Source of the DNA: an uncultured bacterium
GTDB taxonomy: Bacteria > CSSED10-310 > CAZUFC01
Reading direction: 5' to 3'
Length of the DNA: 64,000 nucleotides
Assembly (NCBI GenBank): GCA_964619725.1
Contig: CAZUFC010000012.1
Coordinates: forward strand, 21,161-85,160
The position numbers and the translations under genes are program-made. This document shows, piece by piece, positions 60,315 through 64,000 of this stretch. Each line of letters opens with the position of its first letter. Position 1 is the first letter of the stretch. The notes below the pieces were generated by a model, which was not told the origin of the DNA, did not search any database, and saw only the letters and a list, made by a program, of their open reading frames with translations.

Positions 60315-60385
60315 CCGACATTGACCTGCGATTACCGTAACAAACTGACAAACGTTTTGAAAGAAGTGCAGCCACGTCATGATCA
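60315..60385 (-). repeat. Dispersed intergenic element, copy C (inside the R1/R2-bracketed segment)
   Basis: The reverse complement reads TGATCATGACGTGGCTGCACTTCTTTCAAAACGTTTGTCAGTTTGTTACGGTAATCG... Confidence 0.85.
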
Positions 60386-60467
60386 GTCCCAAAATTCCGT
60401 TTATTTTTAGAGACAGTTATTCTTCAGATGCCGGTTTTTGCTTATACAAGTGATTCATATTCCAGTC

Positions 60468-60550
60468 GTCCCTTCTGTCCCTTAGGTCTCTTAGGTCCCT
60501 TAGGTCCCTTTGTCCCTTTGTCCCTTTGTCCCTTTGTCCCTTTGTCCTTT
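60468..60550 (-). repeat. GGGAC array R2, the inverted copy of R1
   Basis: Its reverse complement equals R1 with one substitution (GAGACCTAA) plus one extra degenerate 8-mer. It lies 372 bp from R1. Confidence 0.95.
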
Positions 60551-60815
60551 AATCAATATAACCCGTACATAAATACAATCACGGCATAATCGCCCCTGAT
60601 GAAAAGGGATCAGAGCCCCTGGGAAGCCTATAATATCAGGAATTTTTGTTTTATCTTCCGACATTATTATAATGATACGAGGATTGTCGAAGCTGAGCAT
60701 TTGTCCGAAAAAATCCCGTAAGGAGCAGATCGCGATAAAAGAGAATGTTCATCTCTCACGATTCGAAGTTCGTCCCGAACGAAAAGCCTTTTCATTCACC
60801 GAAAGGAGGAGGATT

Positions 60816-62675
60816 TTGAAGAAAAATTACATTGCTGAATTGGGATTGATTATACTGACCGTATTTGCTGCCGCTGCAGGCGTTTATGCAATACCGGAAG
60901 GGATTAATTACCAGGGAAAGATCGAGGTAGACGGGGAACCTTTCTCGGGAACCGCTTACTTTCGTTTCGCCATTGTAGACGCATCGGGCATGATTACCTA
61001 CTGGAGCAACGACGGCTTGGAGATTCCTCAGACTGATATTGAACTGTCCGTAACCAACGGGTTGTATAATGTTGTCCTGGGCAAATCGATGAATCCGCTG
61101 CCTGCCGACGTTTTTCAGAATGACGAATTGTACTTGAGAATATGGTTTGAAGACGGACCTTCGGGAATTTACGACATGCAATTACTGAGTCCCGATCAAC
61201 CTCTGACGAACGTAAGTTTTGCATATCAGGCAGGTGACGTTTACGACAGGGAAATTTCCCCTAAAAAAGTATCCATTGCCGGTTACGGGGAAGTTATTGA
61301 TGCGCTGGGTCAGTGGGTTGGAGACCCCACCGGTCTGGAAGGACCGACGGGTCCTCAGGGAGATACCGGACCTCTCGGACCGCAGGGACATACCGGAACT
61401 GTCGGGCCGCAGGGAGATACCGGACCCATCGGACCGCAAGGAAATACCGGAACTGTCGGGCCGCAGGGAGACACTGGACCCATCGGACCGCAAGGACACA
61501 CTGGACCCGTCGGACCGCAGGGAGACACCGGACCCGCCGGACCGCAAGGACATACCGGACCTGTCGGGCCACAGGGAGATACCGGACCCCTCGGACCGCA
61601 GGGACATACCGGAACTGTCGGGCCGCAGGGAGACACCGGTCCCATCGGACCGCAAGGACACACCGGACCCGTCGGACCGCAGGGAGACACCGGACCCGCC
61701 GGACCGCAAGGACATACCGGACCTGTCGGACCGCAGGGAGATACCGGAACTGTCGGGCCGCAGGGAGACACCGGTCCCCTCGGACCGCAGGGACACACCG
61801 GACCCGTCGGACCGCAGGGAAATACCGGACCCGTCGGGCCGCAGGGAGATACCGGACCCCTCGGACCGCAGGGTGCGACCGGTCCGCAAGGAGACACTGG
61901 TCCGACAGGACCCATAGGCGGCGCCAACATGCAACTTCTTTATAACGACAACGGTCTTACAGGAGGTGCAGACATCTATTATAATGACTCCTCGTCCTAC
62001 CTGGGTATCGGAACGTCATCTCCAGCATCAATATTGCACCTCTACGGGCAGGATGCGGTCAGATTTAAAATTACAAGCATCGGCGACGGTTGGCCCATCA
62101 TCGACCTTTACTCCGATTCCAAATTATGGCAGATAACCCAACACGACACAGTCGGCTATTTCGGAGTATGGGAAGACGGTACTTTGAGTCGACTCATCAT
62201 TAAGGAAGGCGGCGACGTTGGAATAGGAACGACCGATCCCGTCAGCAAACTTGAAGTTAACGGCACAATCACGGCAACCGCCTTTGTAGGTGACGGCTCC
62301 GGATTAACCGGCGTCGGCTCCGACCCCGTTCCCATCGGCGGCATTATACCCTGGGCTAAAAATATTCCCGGAGTGCCTGCTCTGCCGGCAAACTACGTCG
62401 AATGCAACGGACAGGTCCTCAACGATCCGCAAAGCCCCCTCAACGGACAAACCATCCCGGACTTGAACGGCGCATCAGGTTCACAGCGCTTCCTCCGCGG
62501 CAGCACGAGTTCAGGGGCAGTCGGCGGTGCAGATACTCATTCCCATTCCATTCCGAACCATTACCCCAATGGACAATGGGACGGCGACTGGGGCGACAAT
62601 TTCGGACCTCAGACAGGGGCGTCCAGCTCACTCCCCAGCTACTACGAAACCGTTATGGTTATGAGGATCAAATAG
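60816..62675 (+). CDS. Secreted collagen-like triple-helix repeat protein with a tail-fibre / tail-collar-like C-terminus
   Basis: The TTG start lies 5 nt after a GGAGGAGG RBS, followed by a signal peptide. About 65 Gly-X-Y triplets are present, including 19 consecutive GPQG(D/H/N)TGxx nonapeptides. The C-terminus (IPWAKNIPG...YVECNGQVL...IPDLNG...FLRG...GGADTHSH) resembles phage tail-collar domains. Confidence 0.8.
   Translation: MKKNYIAELGLIILTVFAAAAGVYAIPEGINYQGKIEVDGEPFSGTAYFRFAIVDASGMITYWSNDGLEIPQTDIELSVTNGLYNVVLGKSMNPLPADVFQNDELYLRIWFEDGPSGIYDMQLLSPDQPLTNVSFAYQAGDVYDREISPKKVSIAGYGEVIDALGQWVGDPTGLEGPTGPQGDTGPLGPQGHTGTVGPQGDTGPIGPQGNTGTVGPQGDTGPIGPQGHTGPVGPQGDTGPAGPQGHTGPVGPQGDTGPLGPQGHTGTVGPQGDTGPIGPQGHTGPVGPQGDTGPAGPQGHTGPVGPQGDTGTVGPQGDTGPLGPQGHTGPVGPQGNTGPVGPQGDTGPLGPQGATGPQGDTGPTGPIGGANMQLLYNDNGLTGGADIYYNDSSSYLGIGTSSPASILHLYGQDAVRFKITSIGDGWPIIDLYSDSKLWQITQHDTVGYFGVWEDGTLSRLIIKEGGDVGIGTTDPVSKLEVNGTITATAFVGDGSGLTGVGSDPVPIGGIIPWAKNIPGVPALPANYVECNGQVLNDPQSPLNGQTIPDLNGASGSQRFLRGSTSSGAVGGADTHSHSIPNHYPNGQWDGDWGDNFGPQTGASSSLPSYYETVMVMRIK
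61350..61865 (+). repeat. 27-nt tandem repeat (about 19 units) inside the collagen-like gene
   Basis: The unit is GGnCCGCArGGAnAnACnGGnnCnnTC, encoding GPQG(D/H/N)TGxx. Confidence 0.9.
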
Positions 62676-62720
62676 AAAATTACATCCTCTTTTTGCAATC
62701 CCGGTACGCCCCTATGCTCT

Positions 62721-62768
62721 AAAAAAAACGCCGGACCCGCCGCAGAAGCGCCCGTCCGGCGTTTTCTT
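62721..62768. terminator. Bidirectional rho-independent terminator
   Basis: An A8 run is followed by a perfect 10-bp stem (AACGCCGGAC / GTCCGGCGTT), a 17-nt loop and a T-rich tail. It lies between convergent genes. Confidence 0.8.
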
Positions 62769-62781
62769 ACAATATGAGCGT

Positions 62782-63222
62782 CTATTCGCCGCCGTGATGC
62801 CTCAGTTGATACTGCAGTCCGCTGTCGCAAGGACCCAATTCAAACGTTACTATCGTCTCAAATCCTGCTTCGATTAATACTGTTTCTTCGTCCCTGCCTA
62901 TACCCTTTTTTCGAGCCTTTGCCGTATACTCGCCTGCCGGTATGTCTTCAATGTAAAATTCGCCGAATTCATCCGTCGTGTCCGAATATATCATTCCATG
63001 CGGGCCGTGAGGTCCATAAGGTCCGCCGCCGCCAAGCTCATCTTCTTCAGCCGGGCATACTACGACAAATACATAAGCCCCTTCAACCAATTCCTCAGTT
63101 TCCAGATCAATGACCATTCCGCTGAGAACCCCGACTTCATCGCCGCCGGCATAACTCATACTTGAAATGACGCCCATCAGCAGCACACTCATAGCGATTA
63201 ACAGTAATTTTTTCAATTTCAT
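62782..63222 (-). CDS. Small secreted protein with a carboxypeptidase-regulatory-like fold
   Basis: It has a signal peptide and the segments GMVIDLETEELVEGAYVFV...TTDEFGEFYIEDIPAGEYTAKARKKG. A sigma-54 promoter lies upstream. Confidence 0.65.
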   Translation of the reverse strand: MKLKKLLLIAMSVLLMGVISSMSYAGGDEVGVLSGMVIDLETEELVEGAYVFVVVCPAEEDELGGGGPYGPHGPHGMIYSDTTDEFGEFYIEDIPAGEYTAKARKKGIGRDEETVLIEAGFETIVTFELGPCDSGLQYQLRHHGGE

Positions 63223-63287
63223 CCTCCTGTTTTGATTAATGATGCTTTCTCAGTCAACCTCTGCCTCGAAGCAGTCATCCTATGAAC

Positions 63288-63303
63288 CAGCAATTGCCGT
63301 GCC
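63288..63303 (-). promoter_or_regulatory. Sigma-54 (-24/-12) promoter
   Basis: The minus strand reads TGGCACGGCAATTGCT, a full match to TGGCACG-N4-TTGCW. It lies ~65 nt upstream of the 63222 start. Confidence 0.65.
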
Positions 63304-63582
63304 AAAACAATATTAACCCCACCCAAACGATACCTGCAAATTCTCTGGGGCTTCTCTCTCAAAACTTAACATCCATAAGTCAGCCTTACTCATTCGTTTT
63401 GCTGAATATTGCCTCATAACCGGTATCCCACGTCACCATACTTTTTTTGTTCCTGCATTGTATCGTTTCGAGACAACTCATTTTTCTGTATCGATATGAA
63501 ACAATCAGAAGACAGGTACCCGACAAGAAAACGTTTTCAGTTTAAAAAGAAATCTGAAAAAAAGTAAGATATGAGGAAAACA

Positions 63583-64000
63583 TTAAGGGGTTTTAAGCCC
63601 CAGGCGTTCAGCTTCTTCTTTGTTTCCCATTTTCAGAAACAAAGCAGCGGCTTCTTTCTGCATTTGCAGGGATTTTTCAGGCAATCCTTTAACTTTATAG
63701 CATTCGGAGAGTTCTCTAAGGCACTCGGCGCGACCCAAGGCAATATCCATCTTTTGGAAAGCGGAAAGCGCTTTTTTGAGCCATTTTTCAGCCTGCTCCA
63801 GTTTATTTTGTTTAAGTGCGATAAGCCCCATAAGATGCAGAGTTTCCGCTGCTCCTGGATGATCCCCTAATCTTTTCTGAAGTTTCAGATTTTTTCGAGC
63901 CAGGGACAGACCGAAGGCAAAGTCTTGTTGTAATATTAATACTTCGATTGCAGTGAGCCCAATATTAGCTTCAAGTCCTAGGTCGGAAAGCTCCAGAGCC
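63583..64000 (-). CDS. TPR-repeat protein, C-terminal part (5' end outside the window)
   Basis: The frame is open from the window edge to the stop at 63583. TPR-like units are present (AETLHLMGLIALKQNKLEQAEKWLKKAL...). Confidence 0.6.
   Translation of the reverse strand, partial: ALELSDLGLEANIGLTAIEVLILQQDFAFGLSLARKNLKLQKRLGDHPGAAETLHLMGLIALKQNKLEQAEKWLKKALSAFQKMDIALGRAECLRELSECYKVKGLPEKSLQMQKEAAALFLKMGNKEEAERLGLKTP

Noticed and set aside
60021-60550. The GGGAC arrays might be a CRISPR array.
   Set aside because: The repeat period is only 8-9 nt with no unique spacers, the two arrays are inverted copies of each other, and there are no cas genes in the window.
61182-61945. Long ORFs on the opposite strand and in alternative frames across the collagen repeats (250, 232, 210 and 191 aa).
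   Set aside because: They are by-products of a 27-nt periodic GC-rich repeat and encode low-complexity Arg/Ser/Pro strings. Only the + frame starting at 60816 has an RBS, a signal peptide and flanking globular domains.
60816-62675. The tail-fibre-like gene might mark the edge of a prophage or tailocin, or be the target of a diversity-generating retroelement.
   Set aside because: There are no capsid, tail, baseplate, lysis or integrase genes within 40 kb upstream or in the 1.3 kb downstream. There is no reverse transcriptase, and no template repeat matching the C-terminal region is seen in the window.
1-64000. tRNA, rRNA, tmRNA, RNase P or SRP RNA genes.
   Set aside because: No T-loop (GGTTCGAATCC-like) or other hallmark motifs were spotted in any intergenic region. 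This is a by-eye scan only and should be confirmed with tRNAscan-SE and Infernal.

Overview
This is a 64-kb chromosomal window from an uncultured diderm bacterium that uses sigma-54. I count about 46 protein genes and saw no rRNA, tRNA or CRISPR by eye. From 1 to 17.6 kb there is tightly packed plus-strand housekeeping: the tail of a gspF/pilC gene, an FHA protein, a DUF62 protein, ftsY, ribD-ribE-ribBA-ribH-nusB, mutL-miaA and hflX. From 17.6 to 64 kb the content is accessory and surface-oriented. It holds a decayed ~4-kb gene for a dockerin/cohesin repeat protein and a 1459-aa exoprotein resembling a clan-CD protease. An NtrC-type activator lies divergent from a sigma-54-driven operon (REC, REC-kinase, REC-malic enzyme). 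There are two toxin-antitoxin cassettes (vapBC-like and mntA-hepT), a 1274-aa surface protein with an IPTL-CTERM-like tail, and an operon containing a GT-C-like membrane protein. The window also has an ECF sigma/anti-sigma pair, an orphan lipoprotein secretin ending in a cohesin domain, tldD-pmbA, cysE-cysK, and a collagen-like gene resembling a phage tail fibre. The most unusual feature is a 1.7-kb gene-free locus (59.1-60.8 kb). There, ~73-nt inverted arrays of GGGAC 8/9-mer repeats bracket a 372-bp segment. The locus is nested with copies of a conserved intergenic element that recurs at 18.8 kb and 50.6 kb. Family names are assigned from motifs read by eye. No database search was run.
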